From: Eukaryota sp. GEM-RC1
Taxonomy: Eukaryota
Direction of reading: 5' to 3'
Assembly: GCA_040285855.1 (NCBI GenBank)
Contig: JAUFOQ010000001.1
Span: forward strand, 3,534,001-3,598,000
Length of the DNA stretch: 64,000 nucleotides
Part shown: positions 47,301-58,921 of the stretch, piece by piece
How the letters are laid out: the number at the start of each line of letters is the position of its first letter
Position numbering within the stretch: the stretch's first letter is position 1
Program-made: the position numbers and the translations under genes
The notes under the pieces: generated by a model
Databases searched by the model: none
What the model was told of the DNA's origin: nothing
Seen by the model: only the letters and a program-made list of their open reading frames with translations

Positions 47301-49587
47301 TAGCTTCGTGGGTTCGATTAACTACATAAAAGACTTTATTCCAGGTGCGTCAGACCTTCTGGCTCCAATCATAAACTTAGTCAAGAACAATGCTCGTTCA
47401 GTAAAATGGACACCTCTCCATCAATCTAATTTTGAGACAATCAGAAATAAGATCATCAATCACATGCCTCTCAGTCTACCAGACAGGGATCAACGCGTGC
47501 TGATCAGTGCAGACGCCAGTGATATCGCCGTAGGTGGTGTCATTTGGCAGGAAATACCTCCTAACGCACAAGATGGAACTCCATTGAACAACAGGAAAGT
47601 TATCCCACTAGCTTTCTACAGCAAACTCCTAACGGAATCTCAACAAAACTGGGCAACAATTCAGAAAGAGTTGTATGCTATTGTTCTGATCCTAACGGAA
47701 TCCCCCATGTCATCATTCCTCCTAAGCAGGGATCTAACCATCTTTACAGATCATAGAAACCTAGCTTTCCTCATCTCAGCACCTGAGAAAAACAGAGTAG
47801 TCAAGCGTTGGATACCTATCCTAAGCGAATTCCAATTCTCAGTGATCCACACTGTTGGAGCAGACAACTACTGGGCAGACGTGTTATCCCGAAACATTGA
47901 AACCTCTCAACCCGAAAACATAAACCTAGTCACATCTTGCCCCGAGTCGATGTTCTCTAGAGTCGATGGACTATGTCGTACTGATGACGATATGGAATAT
48001 CAATCACTGACCTCCGAGTCAATCAACATGATTAGTGAACCATCAATTAGTGAACCATTAATCAACAAGTCAAAAATCTTTGACGCTTGGCTATCGAAAA
48101 TACGCTCCACACAAGTAGAAGCCAAGAACAACAACGACGTACTGTTCCAGCATCCCACTGCTGTATACAACGACGAGCTCCAGCTATTCCTAAATAGCGA
48201 TGGTAAGATCCTCATACCTATGAGTCTTCGGAATACCACGATGAACCACATCCACGGTTTTCCTCACGCAGGCCACCCCAGCCTAAGAGTCAGCATTGAT
48301 CGGCTAAACTCTAGTGACTATTTCTGGCCTAAGATGGCCAACGATATGAAGAAACACTGCATGCAATGTCCAGCTTGTCAAAAGACAGCTCCCCTTGCAA
48401 AACTCAAAATCAAACCATCAGGTAACCTTTGGGCTGACAAACCATTTGCCAAAATGAATGCCGACACCATCGGACCTTTGCCGACAGATACCTCCGGGAA
48501 CTGTCACCTTCTCGTTTTCATAGACTCGTTTACCCGTTATACAGTCTTATGTCCCCTGAAGGAGCTCAATGCCCAAGAAACTGCTCATGCACTAGTGTGT
48601 AATGTATGTGCCATCTTTGGTATACCCCATCTGATTCATAGCGATAATGGCAAGGAGTTTGCCAACCATGTCTTTAATGGCGTGTGTCAGGCTTTTGATA
48701 TTGATACGGAGAAATCCATCCCCAGTTTTTCGCAAAGCAACGGATTAGTGGAACGTCGCCACAGAGACATCCTGCAGTCATTAAGAAAGATGCTTATCGA
48801 TTTTAATGATTACGACAACTGGTCCAAGTACATTCCAATTGTACAACTATTAGTTAACACAACTAAGAGTAGAGTGACAGGTTTCACCCCATACCAACTC
48901 ATGTTTGGATCAGCCACCAGCCCTGGTAGCGATCCCAGCAAGATCCTAGCTTGTCTCTCACAGGAAAGCCAATCAGAAGATTCCTTCCTGGCAGATTATC
49001 AATCAAAAATTCAAAGAATTTTGAAAAACCGGGAAGAGGCAGAGACCAACCAATCTTCAACCCAACCCGTGATAACGGCCGAACCAACCTCGTCATCCCT
49101 GTACTCGAGTGGAGACCTAGTCCTCAAGACTAACTCCAAAACTAAGAAGCTTCACGGCAAGCTCGAAGGTCCTTTCCTGGTCATCGACACGCCCACTGCC
49201 AGCTCTCTTACCTTACAGAACATTATCACTGGACATCAGTTCAAATCTAGTGTTCATCAATGTAAGAAATACCTCACTGACAAACCCTCGTCTGATGAGT
49301 TCCACAAAGCAGTAGCATCCTGTGACTCTGAAGAAATGATCGTGATTAAGGTGCTGTCCCAATCCAACTCACCTTCCGGACCTGTTTGTTCAGTCGTCTG
49401 GTTCGATGGTGATACCACCGAGGTCCCTTTAGATCAAATAAAGAATACGAAAGCCTATTCTGAGTTTATTAAATCTAATCCCTCATACAAGCCGTCTACT
49501 AGAAAGAAACGAAGTGTTCAGGGTAGTACCAGCCGTGCCTCTCCACCTGCCAAGAGGACCAGGTCCTCGAGAAAGGGGAAAAAGTAG
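44374..49587 (+). CDS. Gypsy Gag-Pol: zinc knuckle, aspartic protease, RT, RNase H, integrase, chromodomain-like C-terminus
   Basis: CRFCGEKGHSITQC; WDSGAT; LDLPKAFWQ, FGLKN, YIDD; DASD, ELYA, TDHRNL, ADVLSR; H..H..C..C, DTIGP, SDNGKEF, NGLVER; GPF; VVWFDGDTTEVP. Confidence 0.97.
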   Translation: MTGRTFEKSNLDKRIRPSDHNPSPLPEAIQSTITPTDEVVIQPTALKYRARVEYEEELARRANANPKSKVKEISEFHQSPSDQSNPPPDVHQLGLSLSDLSTTSTSPSTDLLPPLAPSASNSVVEQRSPMSHSVVTFQQKVPLDSMKNSKLQPKMLSSLKPHDIVEFAQDFLQWSVMDPNHKTPVGAPFGWPRHLFDFARTAAAHADPSYIQRFVKFDLQTQLSMQKEWDGKNPLTLWLALLKRTQFPDETTALNELNKIKMKWSITDPEERWSDFISRLHRVLQRTQAIKPKNKPMTALPNKAIVKAILTNLGIVSIWIECWPLYQDSPDIQGLIFEVKERYDTWCERWKSAPANVQNEQRIAEIAHLRDTATWEDLPKSWTSRPLIPVQSSEPGKSRRSASSSKPPSKKPRSEEKDPDACRFCGEKGHSITQCPDPECRRSELPADQRRATSTVSKQPIRSRSKKFNKKPKYLNAKSVQINSLVNTPDNITSSQSNPILIENNQFLNPLSNISSANGNTNSQSLNSVFSISSQNSLPLLSCKLMINSIPVQGFWDSGATMSVITQDLATKCNMTPVNNNVRFTSANNVESRSLGSAQGILTFDTSSIAYLTHVDKTLPIIPGSNKLLLGIDLMKQLGLLTEDGLVIRIDKAILATVNDESEFDSRIIQPPRSHSIDNIVDFNKHVFDSGCTIKLDDDNRAKSLLSLLQEFSSIFSTAPHKDGIDCPPMAIDFYNEESTVRRKPRRLNPMKQRIAEEIFDELVRQDFAELTTPNGQFSSPVVLVVYPDQRKPRLTGDFSGSDGINALTRVVEPNLPKIIDILEFLSEANFIATLDLPKAFWQLNLAEKDRDKTTLVIPGKAIRFKRACFGLKNVPAIFQNLMYEIFDHEGIFIYIDDIIIVGRTFEEFMSRIRFVLTKALTRRVNLGLPKCHFVTKKHPLKILGSKFVNNTRSIDPSRITALLELPVPTTIKEVRSFVGSINYIKDFIPGASDLLAPIINLVKNNARSVKWTPLHQSNFETIRNKIINHMPLSLPDRDQRVLISADASDIAVGGVIWQEIPPNAQDGTPLNNRKVIPLAFYSKLLTESQQNWATIQKELYAIVLILTESPMSSFLLSRDLTIFTDHRNLAFLISAPEKNRVVKRWIPILSEFQFSVIHTVGADNYWADVLSRNIETSQPENINLVTSCPESMFSRVDGLCRTDDDMEYQSLTSESINMISEPSISEPLINKSKIFDAWLSKIRSTQVEAKNNNDVLFQHPTAVYNDELQLFLNSDGKILIPMSLRNTTMNHIHGFPHAGHPSLRVSIDRLNSSDYFWPKMANDMKKHCMQCPACQKTAPLAKLKIKPSGNLWADKPFAKMNADTIGPLPTDTSGNCHLLVFIDSFTRYTVLCPLKELNAQETAHALVCNVCAIFGIPHLIHSDNGKEFANHVFNGVCQAFDIDTEKSIPSFSQSNGLVERRHRDILQSLRKMLIDFNDYDNWSKYIPIVQLLVNTTKSRVTGFTPYQLMFGSATSPGSDPSKILACLSQESQSEDSFLADYQSKIQRILKNREEAETNQSSTQPVITAEPTSSSLYSSGDLVLKTNSKTKKLHGKLEGPFLVIDTPTASSLTLQNIITGHQFKSSVHQCKKYLTDKPSSDEFHKAVASCDSEEMIVIKVLSQSNSPSGPVCSVVWFDGDTTEVPLDQIKNTKAYSEFIKSNPSYKPSTRKKRSVQGSTSRASPPAKRTRSSRKGKK

Positions 49588-49653
49588 TGTTAGTACTGGT
49601 ACAGTACCCTTAAAATAAATTTATTTTACCTTCTCCCATGTCTACAGACAACA
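49588..49653 (+). repeat. 3' LTR (66 bp)
   Basis: Copy of the 5' LTR with one C/T difference; begins at the base after the pol stop codon. Confidence 0.95.
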
Positions 49654-50167
49654 CTGATAATGATTGAGAAGAAGAAGGTATATTATGAGGTTTATTTGTT
49701 GAAACAATTGTAAATTACCCTCAGTTTAGAGTCTCAATTCCAAACACAAAACAGAATTGGACCAGATTAATTTGTTCACATTTGAAATTATAATGTACTT
49801 TTTCCTCAATGGCCGTATACTGATACATCAAAAGACCATAATTCGTGCTATGGAAGGAGAAAAACTGAAAGCTTGGAATGTCTGAATTCTGAAATCTTGT
49901 TGTGTTTTCCAGTTATCGTAATATGTCTCTTTGTTCATCTCCTTTAGTTGAGAACCCTTACAACTTTGGTGCAAATTATAGTCGAACAACTTGCCAGAAA
50001 GAGATGATTTAATCTTAGTTTTTGTTTTTACGAACTCACCTATATGTGGTGCGGTTACTATATTATTTATTGACTGCATTTAACTGCGCAATAAAAAGTC
50101 TTTTGTAGTGTTGGTTTTATCAAGATCTCATTTCAGCTAAAATTCAGAGTCGTTTCCTTCTCTCATC

Positions 50168-51754
50168 ATGACTTCAACCCCATTTGGATTCTCCCCAGCC
50201 AAAGTACTATCAGATCTTCTCTTCAACGAGGATCTTGCTGATCAACAGATTCTCTTTAACGATGAACTTCTCCATGCCAACCGCAACGTTCTTGCTCTCA
50301 ACTGCAAGTTCTTCCACGATCTCTGGCACCTAGACTTCAGTGACAAACACGAAAACCCTTTAGATCTTTCCAATCTCCCTGTTTCCTCCTCTTCTCTCAC
50401 CACGTTCTTCCGCTCTCTCTATGGTCAAGATGCGGAGATCACCAAAGACAATGCATACGATCTCTTCTATCTTTCTCACTACTTTAAATGTGATGCCCTA
50501 TCTTACCAAATCACGTCATCACTCAACTCTTCCCTCGTAGACTCCCAATACTTGTCTACCTTCATTTCAAAAGCCAACAAAGTGGATGATCTTCGTGCAC
50601 TTTTGTTTGCAGGTCCTTTCATTAAGAAAGTCTCTTCATTTCCTCATCTTTGTATTTCCACTTCTTTTCTTGTTTCCAATTAACGAGAACGAGTATTGTG
50701 GATCTAAGGAAAGTCTTTGCTGGTTTGTTAGAAGTCTAGTGAAGTCAATAGAAGAAGGTTCTTTTGATTGTTATGAATTGGAAGGAGTTTTGAACTCGGT
50801 CAAAATTGATTTGTTTGAATGGAACGATTGGAATCAGTTGTTACTCGAACCTCTTGAAATATTTGAAAATTGTAAGGAAGTTTTGATGAAATTTCATCAA
50901 GAACGTCTTCGAGTTCAGTTTTTTGAAAAAATTGTTAGTGAAAAGAACATTTTCAAAAAGTTAATGCTGAAATTCAACAGAAATTTGATTCTCTTTTGTT
51001 GGAAAATCAAAAAGTTCAAAACGTTAATGCTGAAATTCAACAGAAGATTAATACCGTTCAATTAAAAAATCAACAGAAATTGGAATCTCTTCTATTAAAT
51101 AATGAAGCTCTCTTGAACAAGATTAATCAATTAGAGAAAGATAATGATTCTCAAAGTAATCAAATTGCACAATTAATCAAAGGAAACGACTCTTTGCAGA
51201 AACAACTTCTTGAAAATCAGTCCAAAAACTTTGGTTCTGCATGTTTAATTCCTGATTCTAGAAGTGGGAGAAACTCTTCCCTTACAATGTCTTTTTCTCC
51301 TCAACATAAACATTCTGATATTGTTATATCGAACTCTGGTAAGAGGATTTCCTTCAGTGGAAGTACTGGTGATCGTTCAATTCTAGGTGATAAACCCTTG
51401 GTGAAAGGAGGTGTTTATAAGTGGAAAGTTAGGTATCAGAATAGTAGTAGTTTTAATGTTAGTTTTGGAATTGTTCCACTTAAGAACTTTAATTCTTCAT
51501 CTACTCCAAGTCGCATGACTAATTCAAAGTATATCTATAGCACCTCCAAGGTAATCCTCTCAGGATCATTTTCTAAGTGGAAAACTGGTGATGTACTAGA
51601 ATTAACTGCTGACATGAGGAATGATACTTTCTCAATCAAGGAAATCAATTCTGGATATATTAACGTGATCACGAACTTTGATGACGTGGATGATGTTTAT
51701 TATCCTGTTTTCTATATCTATGACTCTTCTCACGTCATTGAAATCGTTGATTGA
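50168..51754 (+). CDS. BTB - coiled coil - SPRY/B30.2-like protein (frameshifts near 50670 and 50960)
   Basis: Close paralog of 31070..32518 with an open C-terminus (YYPVFYIYDSSHVIEIVD). Confidence 0.8.
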
Positions 51755-52032
51755 TTGTTGGTATTTGAATAAATATTGTAGATGTTAACAGTATTGAGTA
51801 GTTTTTATTGAAAATTGAGTTATATATTATATATGATCAAAAATGATAACGATGTTCACGAGGTTTCTTAATACGTACATACAAACAATCTGAGTAAGAG
51901 TATCCTAGATTCCGATGAAAAAATGCTTTTAGAATCTCTTCAAAGTCATGATGTTACAGGCGAAGAATATGAATTGGAAAGGTACAAGATAGAGTCTAGG
52001 TCTATATTCAATTATAGTTATATCATGTCAAC

Positions 52033-52671
52033 CATAGTTGTGGATACCTATATCCCAATAAATAGAATACCTAATACCTACCAAATTACCAAAACACCGA
52101 ATACCTCAGCCTGATACCCAGAAAAATGATTGAACACATTATCGAAGCTAATTTATATAACAATGAACCTGTTGTAGAAACAACTAACTCAACAAAATAC
52201 AGTGCTACAAACTAAGTTACTCGTCACTACGTCTTGTTTTTCTTCCACTTTGGTATAGTCCATCCCTATGGTTGACAACCATTACACCTGATATCCACAA
52301 GTTCTTTCTTGATAACCTTGGCCGTGTCAAGCTTCCACAATGGGTTCTTAGAAGTTTGCCTAAGGGTGGCAAAAGAAGTGTCCTTTTTTTGGGAAAAGAT
52401 GATTCAAAGAGAAGGTTGGCAATAATTCAACAAACAGTTTTAATCTGGTGTTGACTTAGAACACGTATAATGTATACATGTGTTCAACAATAGAAACCTT
52501 GATTAATCCAAATGAATGTACTTAACAAAATTAATACTATTTAAATGTAGGATTTGAAGGGTACTTTTGGTAGCGACAGGTATCTCCAATATGAGACACG
52601 AAAATACTTAATACCTACCTCAATACCTAATATCTACATCAATGCCTCGAATTTAGGTATCCACAATTATG
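52033..52671. mobile_element. Non-autonomous TIR element with CATA termini
   Basis: TIR catagttgtggatacct/aggtatccacaattatg; 8-bp TSD ATGTCAAC; aatacct subterminal repeats. Confidence 0.9.
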
Positions 52672-53626
52672 ATGTCAACCTTTATGGTGCATATAGGAGT
52701 ATCCTACTTTGACAGGAATCTCTAGAGATTTCCCCATCATTCATGCTGCTTCATCTCCATGTGAAGAGTTCTTTTCCTTTTCCTCAATAAAATATCATGA
52801 ATGAAAAATGTAAATTATAAAGAGGAAATTCCGTACTCCGTGGCTTAAACCGAGTCAGTAATTAACCGATTTTATCACAGTAGCTGTTTGTAACAAATCT
52901 TGTGTTAGAAGGAAATTCGATTCCTCTTTTAATCAGTGTTGTGCCATAACCGAAAATAAATTTGCCATACGCGTATGGGCGTATTGACGTATGGTGGAAT
53001 GGCAGAATAGCTGACAATGGCCATTAAGCCATATCTACCAGAATCTTTCTGGTAATAATGGATAGTCACCATCTCATACACTCTAGTTTTGTCGTTCTTC
53101 AGCCACTCGTGCTTAAACAATTTGTCATCAAATTAGTAAACAAGTATGCTTTGTCGAATCGTGTGAAAGAGCATAGAGTACGTATTCATTTATTCACAAC
53201 AAAGGACGAAACAGATTTTTTGTAGTTTTTTCATTTATAAAAAAACTGAGATAAGAACAAAAACAGACTTATAATGGAACGCGCTAAAAACTGGTTTTTA
53301 TACACATCAATAGAACTCAGATCAAAGACATCCAGCAATGGAGGCAGAGATGGTATCCTGATGGTGATAATTTTTCCAATGAGATGGATTATGTTGAGCT
53401 TTGGTTTTCAATATTGTATATTTATCTACGTACAGCAATTTGTGTATTTAGTGTGGATAAAGAATTAGTGTGGATTTTAATTGGTTCTAATTTTCTTGCT
53501 TTTTTTATAGTGTTAATTTTGGACTTAATTAGTGTGGATTCTATTAGAGAATGTCTAAATCCACAACTTATTACACAACTATACTTATTACACAACACTC
53601 AAACACGACAATTTTTATCACTCTTT

Positions 53627-55025
53627 ATGTCAGAAGCTCCACAACCCGAAGTACCTAAACAACCTGTTCGCATCACTCAACCTCATCTTTACTCTTTTTC
53701 TTCAAAACAAGAACTTGTTCAAACTCTGAAGCTCTGGGCCTTCGAAAATGGCTTCGTCCTGAGTACCAGCTCATCTAGTTGTGATTCCTTCGTCTATTTG
53801 ATCTGCGACAGGGGTTATCAAAACCGCCGCAATGAAGAAGGTGTGCGCTTGTCAAAGAAAACTGGATGTGTCTTCCAGATCTACTGCCGTGTAATAGATG
53901 GAGTTTGGTCCAACGTCGCAATGGATGGTGTTCATTCAACTCACAACTTTGTGGACAATCTTGCCGCCCATGCTCCTTTTCGTCGCTGGTGGTCTCAAGA
54001 ACATCAACCGGAACTTGAAAGTTTATATGCTGCTGGTTGTTCTCCAGGAGAAATCCTAAAAGTTATTAGAACCAGATATCCAGAGCCGGAAGGTAACGCT
54101 TTTGATGTCGAAGCATGCCCACTTCTCTATAAAGACGTTGCTAATGGTCGTGATCGCTGGAAGAAGAAATTCACACAGGGCCTAAATGACATTCAAGCGC
54201 TGTTTAACTACCTTTGCTCCGATGACAACTGGATACACAGAGCCACGTTTAATGATGATGGTAGTCTTAAAAACTTATTTTTTACTCATATTTCCGCTCT
54301 TGAGCTAGGTAGAAGATACAGACATGTCTACTCTTTGGACTGTACGTATAAAACGAACATGCACTCCCTACCCTTACTTGTTTTTGGAGGAAAAACATCT
54401 CAAAACAAGTCCTTGTTTATTGCGTTTGGATTTTTGGCTAATGAAACCGAAGCAGAGTTTAGTTTGGGTTCTGCAGCAGTTCGTAACAACCTTTCGTGTT
54501 ATGCCGCAAATATTGGTCACTGATAGAGACTTGGCTCTTTGCAATGCCATTGAGCAATGTTGTCCTCGCGCTAAACATATTCTTTGCCTCTGGCATATCT
54601 TTAAAAATGTTGAGAGTAAAGCAATGAAGTCATTTGGTCACTCAGAAGAATTAGAAGAGTTTAATCGCTTATTTACTCAGTTGGCATACTCTGTGTCTAC
54701 CAATGATTTTGAACTTACACTATCTCAAATTGAAGAGTTTTTAGGTGCTGAAAATAGACTATTTCGCTACATCAGTAGAACCTGGATCCCCCGAGCTCAT
54801 CAGTGGGTAAGCTGCTATGTGAATGCGTCCATAAATTTAGGAGAAAGGACTACATCTAGGGTGGAGTCTTTACATGCTTGCTTGAAGGGCTATTTAAAAA
54901 CTTCTCAAGGGAGTCTCTTGGATGTGTTTATCAAAGTCAATTTATTGATGAGAGACCAACAGAAAGAAAACAGTATCCTGCTTTCACGAGAGCATTTGCG
55001 TTTACTGCAGTTGCACTTATTATAA
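53627..55025 (+). mobile_element. MULE/Mutator (FAR1-like) transposase, frameshift near 54460, probably 3'-truncated
   Basis: ICDRG..SKKTGC..H..HN zinc domain; LDCTYKTN, TDRDLAL, CLWH, TTSRVESLH catalytic motifs. Confidence 0.92.
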
Positions 55026-55499
55026 ATGTAATAGATCAATCAACTAAAATTTGATGTCATTAAACATGTTTGTTTGTTTTTGTAAGTTAAATTCAATTTC
55101 ATATTATTGTAGGAAGGTCAAAGCCGAAGACAGTTGATGTATTTTTTAGTCCTACAAAGTGAACAATTTTTCAAGATTAATGAAAGTATTGTTAGATTTT
55201 GAAATAGAATGTGGGTCTACGATATGCTGAAATCATTTCCAAAAATGATGCAGTTTTTTCTAAAAGGCGTCAAATTGACAGGGCCCATCAATATAAATAA
55301 ATCGATAGTGACTGAGAGAAAATAACATATTTTGTTTTTAATTGGGTTATATTTTTTTTAATTATATTTATTTCCCATCTATTTTTGGCACCTTTTGATG
55401 TTCAATTTTTATTAAATTATCTTATGACAAGGCCTGTAAATTGTTAAAAGAAAATGACATAATTCGTGCTGTATAACTGATAGTCAATAGAGTCAAAAC

Positions 55500-56183
55500 C
55501 ATACCTGGAAAATACACTTTTCTGTATTTTCTGTATTTTTGTATTTAGTGTATTTGGGTATTTGTATTTATTATTTTTCAGTATTAAAATACTGTATTTT
55601 TTTTAGGAATAGGATTTTGAACTTACTTACCGGTAAAGTACCTATTTTAGATGTACATGTAGTTTTCTTATCTCCAATTTTTCTTCATGTTGTGCACAGA
55701 AGTAAATTAAAACATGATACAAATCAAGATCCAAGACGAAGTAGTTGTCGTAGTTTATCAGCAACCAAAAAAGAAGACAGATGAACAAACCACAGTAGTC
55801 TACTGGACTAGGTCGAGGAATAATTGGAGGAAGAATTGCTCTTTGATTGTGTTTCTTCAAAAACAGGGCACAAAATACGTGCCAAAACCTGACCAACAAG
55901 AAAAAAAAAAGACAGAATTGAGTCTGATGAGGAGTGAGAGATAATTGATCAGTCTCTATTTACTGAATGAATTATAGTTTAACCTAAGTAAGAAGAAAGT
56001 TTATAAGAAACACTTCTACATGTACATGTAAATGTAGGCGATAATTTAACATCATTGTTGTCGATGAACACTACTAACAATACAGATAATACAACATCAT
56101 TGAATTTGTATTTTTGTATTTTAATCTGTATCTGTATTTTTGTATTTTTGTATTTTGTTCAACCCTTGTATTTTCCAGGTATG
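55500..56183. mobile_element. Non-autonomous TIR element with CATA termini
   Basis: TIR catacctggaaaataca/tgtattttccaggtatg; 8-bp TSD GTCAAAAC; tgtattt subterminal repeats; related solo end at about 60410-60476. Confidence 0.92.
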
Positions 56184-56379
56184 GTCAAAACTAAAGCCAG
56201 AGATGTTACTATAACTTTGGTATAAAGAATTGTTATAATTGGAGTGTATCATACAGACTTGACAGGCCACACAGAAGTACAAACAAATCTGATAAATCAT
56301 ATACTTTTATAAGACTAACACCTTTGAAATTATCTTACTTGCTATGATGACGTCATCTATGATGGCGCCGACAAATATT

Positions 56380-57700
56380 CTTATGAACTAGCTTTCGAAC
56401 AAGAATTGTTTAATTCTAAGCAAATCTTGGTTGTTCATGTCCAGATTTAAAGGCTCACCAGGACGCTTGAATACAACGTGTTTATCAACAAACACGGGGA
56501 TAGTCTTTTAGAATCCAAAGAGCCTGAATAATCAAAGTCAAAGATCTTAATTTTAAAAGTCTTATTTGAAACAAAAATATTAGACGATCTTAAATCCCCA
56601 TGTACAAGATTGTTTTCATTAAGAAACTGTACAGCATCCGACACTTCATTGAAAACGCGTTGTTTTTTCTCAGCAGTCAAATTAATACAGTCTAAAAGTT
56701 CAAATTCTTTAAACTCTAAATATTCCATTTCAATCATAAATAACTGATCAGACACTTCAGTACAATTAAACAATTCTGGAGCAAGACCTTCATCGAAGAG
56801 ACGGTTGTGAATCACATCATCATAACTTCTAGCAAACTTTACAACAATAGGTTTTTGTTGTAACTCCCGATACTCAGCCCAGTAAACGGCCGAATGTGCT
56901 GATACAAGGCCTAGATAACAGAGTCTATCATTTCCTATTACAGGAAATGACGTGATAGAGAGATCAGAAGGAGGTTGAGATTCGAACTCTTTGCTAATCA
57001 GACTCTGGTAAGTTTCTTTTAAATCCTTGATTCCTCTCTGAACTAAAACTAAAATATTAGCAAGTAAATGAATATCAAATTCATTCTGTCTATTGTAGAG
57101 TAAAGAAATAGTGATAAAATGTTCCACATACTTGACATATTTGCCGTCTTTAAACACTGTAACAGCCCCATATATGGCTAAAAAATGCCCTTTAATTTCA
57201 GCTAAAATAGCTGGTCGAAAACATCTTGGTGCAAGAGCTTGCAAAGAGGCAATGTTCTGCTCTCAGCAGTGTGCGTAGTGGTGGATGACGTGACAGAGGG
57301 AGTCTCCGCACCCTTGGTCAATTTTTACATTAGCAGCAAAAAGTAGAATTGAGTTGAACAAAAGACTCAAATCAATGTTTAAGTGACCAGTACGAACTGA
57401 AGGATCAATTGCTCTACCGAGAATCTTCCCAATTTCAGATTGGTAGTGAAAAGTATCAGGCATTGTACTCGCCAACAACATCATATCACGTGCGCAGTCA
57501 AGGGTTTCAATATCCTGACAAAGAGTACGACGCGGAAGAACTCGTAGTGACTGACTTAAAGAACGAAGTTCCGGAGAGAAAAGAGAAACAGAAGGAAAAA
57601 ATTGAACGCCCTCACACAGATAATGAGTGATAAGAGGATGATTTTCAATGAGAGCACGAGTCAAACGTGCTGATCCAGCAGTTTCAGAGACATTGGAAGG
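56380..57700 (-). pseudogene. Crinkler-type REase + kinase gene, disrupted
   Basis: D..NVKIDQGCGDS..HHYA REase-like region; in-frame TGA at 57263; kinase VVKFARSY..H..LAPEL..MEY..VHGDLRSSNI..IFDFDYSG. Confidence 0.7.
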
Positions 57701-58921
57701 GGGAGTGCCATCCAGTTGTCACCAAAAGGTTGATCCGTCCATCCGAGCTAAAGCTTTCTAATTCTACATCTGAATCTAAATCTTCATACTATGTTGTTGG
57801 GACCCGTATATCAAAGTTTGATGGCACCAGTTCTTGTAGTCAATAAAGATGTCTTCGGTATGCCGCTAGGAATTTGGTTTCGTCTGGTCTCAATTGTGTC
57901 CTTATAGTTACTGGTACGAACTTATCATTAAATTACTTCGTTCTAGATCCAATTCAACAGAACTTTTACCGAATTGATGACTCTCCGACTTATCTAGAGA
58001 TGCCTATAGAATCTCCAGCCACATGGTCACCGTTTCTGGATGTCTTTCATGTAATTAAGTTTACCCAATTATTTGAAACTCATGAAGATCTATTAAATCA
58101 TGACACTGCCCATTTGCTTACTGTTCGAGACTGTGTTTCTACTAGACCGCTAGAACAAGAGAATCGTACTGCTTTGGAGAGTGACAAAGACAGTACGTAG
58201 CTGTAGTTCGAAAGAAGTTCAACTTCCAGCTAACCAAGCCATTGGTCATCAGCTGCTGAAATGCAGCTGCAAGCTGTTGTACTCATGCACTAAACCTGTC
58301 CGAGTATGCCCAGTTGACGGGACACATCCTTTCCTCTCTCAAACAAAAATACAACAAGTGGCGTATATAAGACTATTATCCCTAAATACAAGTACCGTGT
58401 CATTAAAAGTTCAATGGTATAGATGTAATAACTAATAAAATTTAATATGTAAGAAAACTGAAGTGTGTGAAAACAGCTTATCAAGGCTTTCTGAATAAAT
58501 CGTAATAAGAAATTCTGAATAAAGGAAGTTTCTTCCTGAAATCATAAGAATCACGAAATGTACGTGTATAACGTAATACAAAAGAGAATTCACCAATACC
58601 AATGCCAAGATGATAATGTCATTTTTTACTGACAAGAACTGGAGAAGAGAGAACGAAGATTTGAAAAGAAACTGCCTTGAGATAAACCTTAGAGAAGAAT
58701 GGGTGTTTGATAATATTTCTTTCTTTTTTTTGGAATGACACAGTTCTCTAAAATGAAGACAGATCAGACAGCTGATGGAAGTGAACTTGTACAAAACCAA
58801 TGATCTGAGATCTGCAAACTACGAATGACATATTTCGCAAAATCTCTCCAATGGTTAGTATGGTTGAAGGAAGTGAAGAAATTACAACTATCGATTCGTA
58901 AGTCAACTGAGAGAAAAACCA

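Larger units (their letters stand above)
43023..49653 (+). mobile_element. Complete Ty3/Gypsy LTR retrotransposon with 66-bp LTRs and 4-bp TSD
   Basis: LTRs 43023-43088 and 49588-49653 (TGTT..AACA, 1 mismatch); TSD CTGA on both sides; purine tract before the 3' LTR; PR-RT-RH-IN order. Confidence 0.97.

Noticed and set aside
44425..49133. Numerous short antisense ORFs in the Gypsy and other genes
   Set aside because: Shadow ORFs of coding sequence with no recognisable motifs.
1..55025. Pervasive frameshifts suggesting Euplotes-style programmed frameshifting or RNA editing
   Set aside because: The breaks I inspected fall in or beside homopolymer runs, go both +1 and -1, and share no motif. 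Assembly indel error or decay is the simpler explanation; read polishing would decide.
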